This document shows, piece after piece, positions 38,460-46,420 of a DNA stretch of 59,381 nt. The position numbers and the translations under genes are program-made. How positions within the stretch are numbered: the first letter of the stretch is position 1; every line of letters begins with the position of its first letter. The notes under the pieces are model-generated. The model was not told the origin of the DNA and ran no database searches. It saw only the letters and a list, made by a program, of their open reading frames with translations. The stretch is from IMG/VR virus record IMGVR_UViG_3300037603_000091, positions 1 through 59,381 of that record. One strand, 5' to 3'. This DNA is from a virus. Taxonomy: Duplodnaviria; Caudoviricetes.

Positions 38460-39965
38460 CTAGTACATTCCACTAGTGCGACCAGACTTGACGGATGTGC
38501 CCTGGTCACGGATCATGTAGCGTGCCTCGTCGGCGATGTGGTCCTCGGTGTCCGTGTTCACGTCATCAAGGTCCTTGTCAGACCGGGGAAGCACCGGGAC
38601 TGTACGGCGAAACTGCGCGCAGCCCTCGAACACGAAGAGACCGGGCTTCTCTCTTGGGCCACCCTCCTTGGGTGGGTGCGCGTTCTTGAAGTAGGTCCGC
38701 ATGGTCTGCCACCCTGCCTTCCTGGAGCCAGGACGCTTGTCGGCACGGGTCCACTTGACCCCCTTGTGAAGCTTGTTGCTCGCCAGTCGGATCGGCTTCT
38801 CCATGTCTGTCGCAATGGACGGACCGTTCTCCTCTGTCCAGATGGACGTGTCGGCAGGCCCAGGCTTGACTCGCTCGTCCAGGTTCCAGCTGAGCTGTCG
38901 CTCCACGATGCCCTTGGCGATGTCAGCGGCCAGCATGCGAACGCCCTCGTTCGGCTCCCCGGTCCAACCGTACCACTCGGCGATGCGGAATCGGTCGCCC
39001 CGCACGGAGGACCGCCACTTGCCGTCGCCGTCCACGTAGTCAGAGCCGTCGGAGATGGCCCACCAGCCAACGGAGAAGGGGGCGGAGGAGCCCCAGTCGA
39101 AGGATCGAGTGATCTTCCAGGAGTGGGGGATGTCGAACTTCTTCACCACGTTGTGCTTCTCGGACCACACATCATCGAACATGCCACCAGCGACGATGTC
39201 CCACGAGCCATGGAGCCATGCCTGCAGCTCTGCCTCGTTGCGGGCGGAGCTCTCGAGCTGAGCGATGTACGTGGGCTGTGCCTTGAGGAGGATGGTGTTC
39301 TCGTGCACGGTGCCCTTGATGGTGAGGCGTGACAGCTCCTCGCACTTGACCTCGCCTGTCTCAGGATCCTCGAACTCGAACTCCCTCATGCGGCAGATCT
39401 TGTCCTTCATGGGCAGCTCGAAGTAGTGCTTGACAGCGTTGTGGCCTGGACCATAGGGGTTGGTCGTTGATCGGATCATCCGTGGAACGTTCGGATTGGA
39501 GGATCGACAGCAGGAGATCATGCGCTTGTATGCGTTCATGGTCGGCCAGTTGGTGAGCTCGTCCCATCCAATGAAGGGATACTCGTGACCGTGATAGTTC
39601 CAGTAGTCATCGTCGCGATTGAACTGCCTCATGAGCAGCTCCTCGCCATCGGGCCAGACCCACTTGTGATCGGACCCGTTCCACTTGGCCTGTGGCCAGA
39701 TCAGGGGGAACCACTTCTTGCTCTTGGTGATGAGATCCTGAAGCTGCTTGTATGTCTGACGGAAGATGATTCCTCTCCAGTCAGAGCCATGGCCCTTGCC
39801 GGTCTGAGTGGCAAAGCACATGAGGAGCGTGTCCGACTTGCCGGGACCACGCGTGCCATGATACAGGAGCTCGAAGACTCCAGGGTTGCCCAGGACAGCC
39901 TGCTGGGAGCCCGGAAGGGGACGCCAGATGCGGGGTGCGGTCTTGTTCTGACTTCTTAACTTCAT
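38460..39965 (-). CDS. terL: Terminase large subunit
   Basis: GTRGPGKSD, IGWDELT, STTNPYGPGH, SFDWG, EDHIADEARY. Confidence 0.95.
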   Translation of the reverse strand: MKLRSQNKTAPRIWRPLPGSQQAVLGNPGVFELLYHGTRGPGKSDTLLMCFATQTGKGHGSDWRGIIFRQTYKQLQDLITKSKKWFPLIWPQAKWNGSDHKWVWPDGEELLMRQFNRDDDYWNYHGHEYPFIGWDELTNWPTMNAYKRMISCCRSSNPNVPRMIRSTTNPYGPGHNAVKHYFELPMKDKICRMREFEFEDPETGEVKCEELSRLTIKGTVHENTILLKAQPTYIAQLESSARNEAELQAWLHGSWDIVAGGMFDDVWSEKHNVVKKFDIPHSWKITRSFDWGSSAPFSVGWWAISDGSDYVDGDGKWRSSVRGDRFRIAEWYGWTGEPNEGVRMLAADIAKGIVERQLSWNLDERVKPGPADTSIWTEENGPSIATDMEKPIRLASNKLHKGVKWTRADKRPGSRKAGWQTMRTYFKNAHPPKEGGPREKPGLFVFEGCAQFRRTVPVLPRSDKDLDDVNTDTEDHIADEARYMIRDQGTSVKSGRTSGMY

Positions 39966-40006
39966 CTTAACAGATCCGAGCTAGACTGAGTCCATAGAAA
40001 CGGAGA
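39956..40006 (+). promoter_or_regulatory. Island promoter 3: perfect TTAA-N7-TTAA CtrA-type box, N11, TAGACT...CATAGAAACGGAGA
   Basis: TTAA CTTCATC TTAA at 39956..39970 covers the terL start codon on the other strand. Confidence 0.75.
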
Positions 40007-40011
40007 ACATC

Positions 40012-40221
40012 ATGTCCATCAAAGTCGAAATCAGCTTCAGCATCTACCACTGGACAGGAGAGACCGACTCGTACACGACCGACTCCCTGGGTCTCCACAT
40101 CCTTGACAACCGCATCATGGTTCGTGACGACATCACTGGTGAATACATCCTCATCAAGAAGATGGACGGGCACTGGCAGATCCAGGATGGCGCCAAGTGC
40201 AAGGTCCGAGTTCTCAGCTAG
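40012..40221 (+). CDS. Hypothetical protein (island 3, between terS and terL)
   Basis: GGAG RBS after island promoter. Confidence 0.75.
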   Translation: MSIKVEISFSIYHWTGETDSYTTDSLGLHILDNRIMVRDDITGEYILIKKMDGHWQIQDGAKCKVRVLS

Positions 40222-40876
40222 CATCCTCGTCGTCCTTCACATACTCGATGGTGATTCCGTGAGCGGCAAGGTCCTCCTCCATGGAGCCACTGGACATGGG
40301 GATCTCGACAACGCCACCAGAGACAGTCTGGTTGACGTCCACCTTGTTGCCATAGCCCTCTGGGTCGTGCTTCTTGGCGGCCATCTCGAGCATCTTGTCC
40401 GAGTGCACCAGCTTGTGGCCGATCAGCTGTCCAGTCTTGACGTTGAACACGGGCTCTAGCCAGCCCTCGATACCACGCCGATAGACCTCTCTGTCGATCT
40501 TGTCAACGAACATGTGTCGGGCCTCCTCGACCATGTCCGCGAATGCATCATTGTTGACCTCCATGTCCCGAATGACATTGTAGGAGATGCCTGCTGCACG
40601 TGCCGAGGCAGCCTTGCGGCCCGTCCTTGCGTAGTTGATGAGGAACTGTCTGGCGACATCAGGAGTGAATCGGCGCTGAGGCACGATCTCCTCGACCAGG
40701 ATGTTCTGACCAGTCTCCTCGTCGATGAGTCCCCAGTCATGGGTCTCCGGATCTGGCATGATGTCCTGATCGGTGGCTGGCTTTATCAGATGCAGAAAGT
40801 TGCCGAGAAGCGCCTTGCGCTCGTCCTCGGTCATGTCCTCTATCTCTTGGCGGATGTCATCACCCACTTCGTCCAT
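40214..40876 (-). CDS. terS: Terminase small subunit (start MDEVGD)
   Basis: HTH FL...ARTG...SARAAGIS, RRGIEG..EPVF, HSDKML; GAGGAG RBS; upstream of terL. Confidence 0.85.
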   Translation of the reverse strand: MDEVGDDIRQEIEDMTEDERKALLGNFLHLIKPATDQDIMPDPETHDWGLIDEETGQNILVEEIVPQRRFTPDVARQFLINYARTGRKAASARAAGISYNVIRDMEVNNDAFADMVEEARHMFVDKIDREVYRRGIEGWLEPVFNVKTGQLIGHKLVHSDKMLEMAAKKHDPEGYGNKVDVNQTVSGGVVEIPMSSGSMEEDLAAHGITIEYVKDDEDAS

Positions 40877-40980
40877 TCTCGGTTCTCCTCGCGCCCATGC
40901 GCATGCGATGGAGCCATGCCCCATCTGCTGAGTCTCGCCAGAACATAGCCCAGAACACACGAATCGCCAAGTTGAGGATT

Positions 40981-41225
40981 GAATCAGAGTAAAGGGGAGT
41001 AAATTGAGGTGGATGGGGAGTAGCCTAGAACCTTGATTCTAAACCGTTTACTCCCCTTTACTCTATTTACTCTATATAATTATATAAGATATAGAATCCC
41101 AGTCACCCGGTCGGATCCAGAATCACACGAAAAATCAGAGTAATCAGAGTAATCAAAGTACTCCGTTGAAATCACTGAGGAAAAATTACTCCCCATCCGA
41201 TCCGAAAGGGAGTAACTACTCCCCT
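40981..41225. repeat. GAGTA iteron element 2
   Basis: About 11 GAGTA/TACTC units; 18-bp inverted repeat 40986..41003 / 41047..41064; AT-rich core; matches element 1. Confidence 0.8.
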
Positions 41226-41452
41226 CCCCTGGGCTCCCCATCGAAGTACCTTGGAGCATCACACACGGTCGCAGCACCACGATTCAGGAAGCTCACCATC
41301 CCCTCCGGATCCCAACGGGGCTTCAAGTACTCCCCATGGACATTGCGAAGAGCCCACGCTCCCTCATGTCTCTTGACCTGAAGCCTCCCCACTCCAGGGA
41401 TGAACACCCACCCCTCACGCGCCTCGGTCCACGGAACAAACTTCACTGCCAC
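41216..41452 (-). CDS. Hypothetical protein
   Basis: Last ORF of small-gene cluster. Confidence 0.6.
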   Translation of the reverse strand: MAVKFVPWTEAREGWVFIPGVGRLQVKRHEGAWALRNVHGEYLKPRWDPEGMVSFLNRGAATVCDAPRYFDGEPRGGE

Positions 41453-41709
41453 TTAGACCTGTCCCCCTCTTCGTGCCTGATGATCTTTGCCAGAGAGTAC
41501 CCATTGCCTGGCTTGCGCCACGTTGGCTCGAAGAACTTCCCACCACCGTGCATCTCCCAGCCCTCATTCTCCAGGAACTGGGCTGCCTCCTCAGCGGAGG
41601 AGAAGATGTCTGTCTTGTAGCCAGGCACCATGTAGCCAACACCACCGCCATCGACAGATCCTCGACGCACGTGGTACTGAACCTGCTTCTCAACTACATC
41701 GTATGACAT
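41443..41709 (-). CDS. Hypothetical protein (start MSYDVV)
   Basis: GAGGAGG RBS. Confidence 0.65.
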   Translation of the reverse strand: MSYDVVEKQVQYHVRRGSVDGGGVGYMVPGYKTDIFSSAEEAAQFLENEGWEMHGGGKFFEPTWRKPGNGYSLAKIIRHEEGDRSKWQ

Positions 41710-41950
41710 GAGCCACGTCCTCCTCACTCGGCAGTGCCTCTATGTAGTCAATCGCCATCTGCTTCATCACCCCCAGATCATCGGTCTCAGTCCAGATCTC
41801 ATGGTCCCAGTCACCATAGTCCACGTGGACATGGCCTGTGCCATCCCCCTCACCATGGATGGTCACCAGGGCACCGTGGATGACCCACTGCTCCTCCGGA
41901 CACCCGCACTCCTCCGACGGCCCGGACCAGTCAAGGTAGATGTCGGTCAT
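41690..41950 (-). CDS. Hypothetical acidic protein (start MTDIYL)
   Basis: GGAGG RBS, TGATG coupling. Confidence 0.65.
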   Translation of the reverse strand: MTDIYLDWSGPSEECGCPEEQWVIHGALVTIHGEGDGTGHVHVDYGDWDHEIWTETDDLGVMKQMAIDYIEALPSEEDVAHVIRCS

Positions 41951-42420
41951 CAGACCAGACCCTCCATGTTGGCCTTGCGCCATCCCTCAGGCTTGACGAC
42001 GCGCCCTGCCTCGTTCAGGATCGGCTTCCCGTCCGGACCCAGCTTGGCCATGTTTGCCATGTGAACTCGGGCGAAGGCCATTGGGAACACATCCTTGAGC
42101 CCCCACTCAACCAGCGTCCCGTCCGTGACGTAGCGGACGTCGACCATCTCGTGCAGCACCTGCCCCACGTCTCCATGGAACACCGCCGATGCCACCTCAC
42201 CCAGCTCCTCAACCATGAGTTGAAAGCGGAGCAGGACACCGCTGTTGTCAGTCGCAGCAGCATTGTGAAGGGCCTGAGCCATGATTGCCAGGTCTTCGGC
42301 AGCGCTCTCAAGCACCATCCTTGCCTCATGATCCATCACAGGAATGAATGGTGACAGCCGCACCCTGAGATTGAAGGCGGTGTGAAACTCGAGCAGAGCC
42401 TCTCTGGTGTTGATGCTCAT
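41950..42420 (-). CDS. MazG-like/PRA-PH family NTP pyrophosphohydrolase
   Basis: EELGE, HEMVDVRYV..G, VHMANMAK, GRVVKPEGW. Confidence 0.85.
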   Translation of the reverse strand: MSINTREALLEFHTAFNLRVRLSPFIPVMDHEARMVLESAAEDLAIMAQALHNAAATDNSGVLLRFQLMVEELGEVASAVFHGDVGQVLHEMVDVRYVTDGTLVEWGLKDVFPMAFARVHMANMAKLGPDGKPILNEAGRVVKPEGWRKANMEGLV

Positions 42421-42533
42421 GACATCAGAGCGCTCCCGCCCGCGATTATGAGCCACCACAGGCCAGCCGTGATGGCTGCCACCAGCAGTAGCATCGCCCA
42501 CTTGGGCCAGTTGCTAGGAATCAGTTGCTTCAT
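42417..42533 (-). CDS. 38-aa membrane peptide (MKQLIPSNWPKWAMLLLV...)
   Basis: Hand-read ORF, GGAGG RBS, ATGA-coupled. Confidence 0.6.
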   Translation of the reverse strand: MKQLIPSNWPKWAMLLLVAAITAGLWWLIIAGGSALMS

Positions 42534-43005
42534 CGAGATATGTCCTCCAGTGCTTGCGTCGTCGCCTACCGGAGCCATCCTTCACGTAGAAGCCCCAGTC
42601 GTTCTTGTCCCTTGTGAACTCTGTCCACACGATTGTCAGCACGGGTCTGTCCGTCACCACGCGGTGAACGTGGTCGGCTGTCCGCCTGTGCCATCGCCAG
42701 GGCTCCACGAACCGGGTCATGCGAATGTCCTTGACGAGCAGTTCATCAGAGTCAAGCTCCGATGTCGGCCACACCTCCTCGCTGTAGCCTCGGAACAGTG
42801 GCATGGTCCAGAAGTCGAACGGGTGATCGTGCGGGTCCGGGTCCTCGTCTCCCCGATGGAACCAGTGGATGCGGAGCGAGCCCACTGTCACGCGCGTCAT
42901 GTATGGTGAGGGATCGCGTCGGCCCAGTATGCGGTCCACCCGCACTCCGAGCACCTCGATCTTCCACGCGTCTCCCGGACGCCTCTCCCAGCTAAGCAGC
43001 CTCAT
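42514..43005 (-). CDS. Cupin-like protein (start MRLLSW)
   Basis: PYMTR, IHWFHRGD...PHDHPF...GYSE, HVHRV. Confidence 0.65.
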   Translation of the reverse strand: MRLLSWERRPGDAWKIEVLGVRVDRILGRRDPSPYMTRVTVGSLRIHWFHRGDEDPDPHDHPFDFWTMPLFRGYSEEVWPTSELDSDELLVKDIRMTRFVEPWRWHRRTADHVHRVVTDRPVLTIVWTEFTRDKNDWGFYVKDGSGRRRRKHWRTYLDEATDS

Positions 43006-43474
43006 GTTGTCGCCTCCACCACGGTGCCTGTCGGTTGGTCCATGTGGGAGCGCGCTTGTCGTCGCGCCACTTGTCGCACATGTACATCTGATACGCCCTG
43101 TGCACGTCCGGCTCGTCCTTGTATGGCGTGCAGTTGACAAAGTCGCTGGCCTGGCGCCAGTCCGCACCCTGGTGGGATGCGAACCAGTACTCGAACGCCT
43201 CCATGTGCTCGGCGCACTTGTGCGTCTTGCCGTAGCGGTGCGTGTACTCGGCGCAGAGCGCCTTGAAGTGCAGGAATGTCCAGTAGCCATTGTCAGGTGC
43301 GGAGCGCACCCACACGGCGCAGGGGTGGTTGACGTGTGTGGGCCTGTACGGTCCGGCATCGCCCATGGCAACGGACAGCAGCTGCGCTGTCTCGAGCACC
43401 ATCTTCACAACGCGCTTGTCGTCGAGCGCTCGGGCAGAGCAGACAGGACACCTCTTGGTGGCGAATATGTTCAT
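42992..43474 (-). CDS. Pyrimidine-dimer DNA glycosylase-like protein
   Basis: MNIF...DKRVVKMVLETAQLLS, YRPTHVNHPC.VW, LCAEYTHRYGKTH. Confidence 0.8.
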   Translation of the reverse strand: MNIFATKRCPVCSARALDDKRVVKMVLETAQLLSVAMGDAGPYRPTHVNHPCAVWVRSAPDNGYWTFLHFKALCAEYTHRYGKTHKCAEHMEAFEYWFASHQGADWRQASDFVNCTPYKDEPDVHRAYQMYMCDKWRDDKRAPTWTNRQAPWWRRQHEAA

Positions 43475-43677
43475 GCCTGGTCCCCGATCACAATCACTCG
43501 CAGAGGCGAGTGTGTGCCCGTGAATCGGACTATGACCTCCGTGGAGGTCACAGCCACTGCAGCATCTACGATCACGTCCCCGGACATCACCTGCACGATG
43601 GGCCTCTGCCTGCAGTTGTGTGCGCAGCGCGCCTCTCCGTTGGCAAGCTCGAACTCAAATTCCTGGTGGACAACCAT
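43471..43677 (-). CDS. Hypothetical protein
   Basis: AGAAAAGGAG RBS and promoter upstream. Confidence 0.6.
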   Translation of the reverse strand: MVVHQEFEFELANGEARCAHNCRQRPIVQVMSGDVIVDAAVAVTSTEVIVRFTGTHSPLRVIVIGDQA

Positions 43678-43701
43678 GCCCCTGCTCCTTTTCTATGCCC
43701 C

Positions 43702-43730
43702 ACCCTAGCGCGTCACACTCCAGAAGTAAA
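43702..43730 (-). promoter_or_regulatory. Putative promoter TTTACT-N17-TAGGGT
   Basis: Repeated promoter family. Confidence 0.55.
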
Positions 43731-44039
43731 GTCGTGGTCGATGTAGTGGCGACGACCGAACCGCATCCGCTCCTTGAGCTCGATGCACAGTATCAGTCTT
43801 GTCTCAATCGCAGCCCGGTTGGGATCGTCCATCCTGACGGTCTCTCGTCGGGCCACCGTCACGTAGGGGAGTCCCATCAGCTTGCGGTCAAGGTCCCACC
43901 AGCGGGCCGGGAACACCCGATGCACCTCCTGCTGCGTGAGCGGGTCCCATCGCCATCTCAGTGGCTGGTAGTCCGGGTTCTCATCGCAGAAGTCTTCGGC
44001 CCTGCGGCGCATCTGGTGCATGGTCTCGGACAGAATCAC
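43713..44039 (-). CDS. Hypothetical protein
   Basis: GTGA-coupled ORF. Confidence 0.55.
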   Translation of the reverse strand: MILSETMHQMRRRAEDFCDENPDYQPLRWRWDPLTQQEVHRVFPARWWDLDRKLMGLPYVTVARRETVRMDDPNRAAIETRLILCIELKERMRFGRRHYIDHDFTSGV

Positions 44040-44356
44040 GGCAGTGCCCTTCCCATGCGGCCACCAGCACCCACGACCGACGGACCTGGAGACAGGGGGA
44101 GGATCTCCGCCATGGTCAGTGGCCGTGGGGCTGTGGCAAGAGGCTCGCTGGTCTGGGGATCCCAGTGTGCCTCGAAGTGAAGACCGCTGTATCCGAGCCA
44201 GAGCTGAAGCTCCCTCTCGGACAGGCGGCGTGACTCCACGATGTTGCCGTCCAGGTGGCCCTGATGTCGAGCCCAGACAACGGCGGACGATTTGAGCGCG
44301 GCGTCAACGACGACAGCCTGGCCCCGGTCGGTTCTTAGATACCAGTGGTGGCTCAT
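44036..44356 (-). CDS. Hypothetical protein
   Basis: ATGA-coupled ORF. Confidence 0.55.
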   Translation of the reverse strand: MSHHWYLRTDRGQAVVVDAALKSSAVVWARHQGHLDGNIVESRRLSERELQLWLGYSGLHFEAHWDPQTSEPLATAPRPLTMAEILPLSPGPSVVGAGGRMGRALP

Positions 44357-44787
44357 GATGGCATGACCATCAGCGCGCCGAAGAACACGACGACGAAGAA
44401 CACGACGACGAGCTTGCCGAAGTGTGACTGACGACCGATGCGACTCTCTCGCTGGGCCATGTGGTATGCTGCTCTCTTTCCAAGTGACAACGGTGATTCT
44501 CCTTCTCTGACAAAGCCATTCTGCGCTAGAAGTGTAAAGAATCTGTTAAGAGTCAAAGAAAGTTCCTCGCGAACCGCCTCCGACTGAAGCAGCTTCTGTG
44601 CATTTTCATGCAGCTTTGTCTGCACCCGAGCAATGGTCTTGGAAGATTCAGAGAGTTGATTTTCCAAATCGTATATCACAGCCTGCTTGTCGTTATTTTC
44701 CTTCTCGGCTTGTTTTTGCAGCTCTTCTAGTCGAGCAATTTCACTGTTGGCATCGTGCAGATGTTCCCTGAGTGTCTTTCTAGGCAT
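44353..44787 (-). CDS. Coiled-coil protein with C-terminal membrane anchor (start MPRKTL)
   Basis: Heptad pattern, hydrophobic C-terminus, visibly AT-richer DNA. Confidence 0.7.
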   Translation of the reverse strand: MPRKTLREHLHDANSEIARLEELQKQAEKENNDKQAVIYDLENQLSESSKTIARVQTKLHENAQKLLQSEAVREELSLTLNRFFTLLAQNGFVREGESPLSLGKRAAYHMAQRESRIGRQSHFGKLVVVFFVVVFFGALMVMPS

Positions 44788-45992
44788 CAGAAGGGCACCT
44801 CCTCTTGTGGTGGAAGCTGCTGCGCGCATCGCATCAGCATGTCAATGATGGTGTTCTGCATCTCGCGAGTCTCGTCTTCCACGTTGCGTGCCAGGTGCAG
44901 CCACTCCTCGTAGAGGGTGCCAGCAAGCATGATGACGCCCATGTCGAGTGCCTTGCGAGCTATGTAGATGCGGTTTGGGGAGCGCTTGGCCATTCCCAGA
45001 ACGCCCGTGCCAAGGGACTCCACGAATGTGATGTCGTACACCTCGGGACTTGCGCCTGCTCGACGAGCAATGCACATGGCGTTCTGAAAGTCGCGCTTCT
45101 CGTGCTCGGTCAGTTCGTACTCAGCATAGTCGACGTCCCGGCCCGTGCGTCGCTTCCAGATGTCCACGGCAGAGGTGTTGCAGCTGTTCGGGCAGTCCCT
45201 CTCCAGCTCCTCCACGACCTCCAGGAACTCGGGCGATGGAGTGTAGGCCGCCATGTCATGGAACTTGAGCTGATCGCCCTCGAAGGTCCCCCTGGGCGCT
45301 GTCAGCACGTCCCTCAGGAAGTCCCTGTTCTTGCACTGCAGCACTGTGAGTCGGATCGGGTCCACGAACTCCCAGTCGTACTTGATGGAGCGATCCTCTG
45401 TCAGAGTGCACTGTGTGATGACGTTGTAGGTCCAGATGCTGTTCTTTCGGATGGCGCCAGCGGCGATGCCACGATAGTACACGACGCCCGCCTCCCCGGC
45501 GTGGATCTCCACCTGTGACTGGGCGATCTCGGGGATGGTCTGGAGCACGATGGCCGACTTCTTCTGATGAGCCTCCTCGATGCCAGCACCCCTGACGATG
45601 ATCTTGGTTTGGCCCTCCTCCGGTGAGACAAGGCCTGATGGCCCAAGGGAGAAGGAGTCACCGCCCTCGTCGAGGGCGTTGCAGTACAGCTCGCGATACG
45701 CCTGCCAGACCTCCCAGTTCTTGCCCATCTGGTCTGTGAAGCCGAGGTCCTCGCCGTTCATTGTGACGATGTTGAATCTCTGACCTCGGATCTCCGTCTG
45801 TCGGGTGTCGAACTTGAAGCGCTCCTCGCCCCGCATCAGCTCCACCTCGTGGTTGCTGCGGAGCAGGATTGCGATGGCATACTTGAGGCCCGTGCCGAAG
45901 TAGCCGATGGGGTTCTCGCCCTCCTTGGCAGAGACGCCCATGGTGCGCACTGCCTCCAGGGGAACGAGTCCGGTGTTCTGAAAGACTATCAC
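44787..45992 (-). CDS. GHKL (Hsp90/rIIA-like) ATPase with C-terminal zincin-like motif
   Basis: GVSAK...IGYFGTGLKYA, YRELYCNALDEG, LYEEWLH. Confidence 0.7.
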   Translation of the reverse strand: MIVFQNTGLVPLEAVRTMGVSAKEGENPIGYFGTGLKYAIAILLRSNHEVELMRGEERFKFDTRQTEIRGQRFNIVTMNGEDLGFTDQMGKNWEVWQAYRELYCNALDEGGDSFSLGPSGLVSPEEGQTKIIVRGAGIEEAHQKKSAIVLQTIPEIAQSQVEIHAGEAGVVYYRGIAAGAIRKNSIWTYNVITQCTLTEDRSIKYDWEFVDPIRLTVLQCKNRDFLRDVLTAPRGTFEGDQLKFHDMAAYTPSPEFLEVVEELERDCPNSCNTSAVDIWKRRTGRDVDYAEYELTEHEKRDFQNAMCIARRAGASPEVYDITFVESLGTGVLGMAKRSPNRIYIARKALDMGVIMLAGTLYEEWLHLARNVEDETREMQNTIIDMLMRCAQQLPPQEEVPF

Positions 45993-46288
45993 TGCATGAC
46001 TCCGACTGTCTGTCCCTGAAGCTGCACCACGCCTGTGACACCGCCGTCAGAATTGTTGTTGGCCCTCGCCTTGAGGACTGTGAAGACGACCTTCTCCTTC
46101 TGGCCCGGCCAGCTTGTCTGGAGAATGATGTCTGCGAACAGTTCCATGACGGCGAAGCTTGACAGGTTGATGTACACCTCGACGTAGAGGCCGTCAGCCG
46201 CGTGTGTCACGGACCAGTTGTAGATGTTCGAGTCTTCGTCCTTCAGCTTCGAGGAGATGGACTCGATGAGGTCATTGATCTTCTGCAC
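45989..46288 (-). CDS. Hypothetical protein
   Basis: AGAAACGGAG RBS, GTG start. Confidence 0.65.
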   Translation of the reverse strand: MQKINDLIESISSKLKDEDSNIYNWSVTHAADGLYVEVYINLSSFAVMELFADIILQTSWPGQKEKVVFTVLKARANNNSDGGVTGVVQLQGQTVGVMQ

Positions 46289-46387
46289 TTGCTAGATTGT
46301 CTCCGTTTCTAAATCAGTTGCAACGGAGCCGGAGAGGCTGGGGGTTCAGGGGAGGAAACAGGGCCTCCCCGGCCCGTCACTGTCACG

Positions 46388-46420
46388 TCCATAGCCTAGG
46401 ACGTTGCAGGAGTAAACCCC
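46388..46420 (-). promoter_or_regulatory. Putative promoter GGGG-TTTACT-N17-TATGGA
   Basis: Near-identical GGGGTTTACTYCTGCAACRTCCT also at about 57650..57672. Confidence 0.55.
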
